A stretch of DNA of 64,000 bases from Lama glama (Eukaryota): contig CM052817.1 in assembly GCA_028534125.1 (NCBI GenBank), positions 76,200,001 through 76,264,000 of the forward strand, in the 5' to 3' direction. This document shows positions 63,760 to 64,000 of the stretch, one piece after another (within the stretch, counting starts at the first letter, position 1; each line of letters begins with the position of its first letter). The notes beneath the pieces were generated by a model. The model searched no databases. It was not told the origin of the DNA and worked only from the letters and a program-made list of their open reading frames with translations. The position numbers and the translations under genes are program-made.

Positions 63760-64000
63760 TACATTCATTCAAAAACATTTATTCACTCATTGAACAGTTT
63801 TCTTGGGACTATACTAGGTGATGCACAGGTACAAATTTTCAGTGTGCACTTTCTGTCCCCAAGGCAGGCATGATGTAGGAGCACAGCAGTTTAGCAGAGA
63901 AATAAATACAATAACATTGTATTGGTAAAAGTTGATGTAATATAAAAGGAGGTCACAAAGAGCAGAAGAATTTGATTTGAGGTGGAAAGCAAGTTTCCCA
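63760..64000 (-). mobile_element. L2 3' end, antisense
   Basis: cattcattcaaaaacatttatt...gggactatactaggtg. Confidence 0.6.

Overview
Eukaryotic, AT-rich mammalian DNA, most likely a camelid (alpaca/llama/camel), judging from a tRNA-derived SINE of the camelid type and the L1 3' ends. It looks like intergenic or deep-intronic sequence dominated by transposon fossils: young and old L1s, L2/MIR, solo LTRs (MLT1, MLT2, MER89-like, ERVL-type), an ERVL internal relic, and hAT (MER20, MER45) and Tigger1 DNA transposons. There is a 500-N assembly gap at 21163-21662. I cannot recognise any intact protein-coding gene; the ORFs I can assign are transposon remnants (L1 ORF2, ERVL gag/pol, Tigger1 transposase). 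Repeat family names come from recalled consensus similarity and need RepeatMasker/Dfam confirmation. The most interesting items are: two L1s stacked at one target site with three copies of the target duplication; a compact, apparently young 285-bp solo LTR with perfect 7-bp terminal inverted repeats inside a MIR; an ERVL relic with a gag segment sitting inside its integrase; a tiny L1 insertion with a 5' poly(T) head; and a candidate spliced non-coding transcript (CpG-rich first-exon-like segment at about 34.75-34.95 kb plus a 37-nt exon at 42885). I found no strong evidence for a new biological system.
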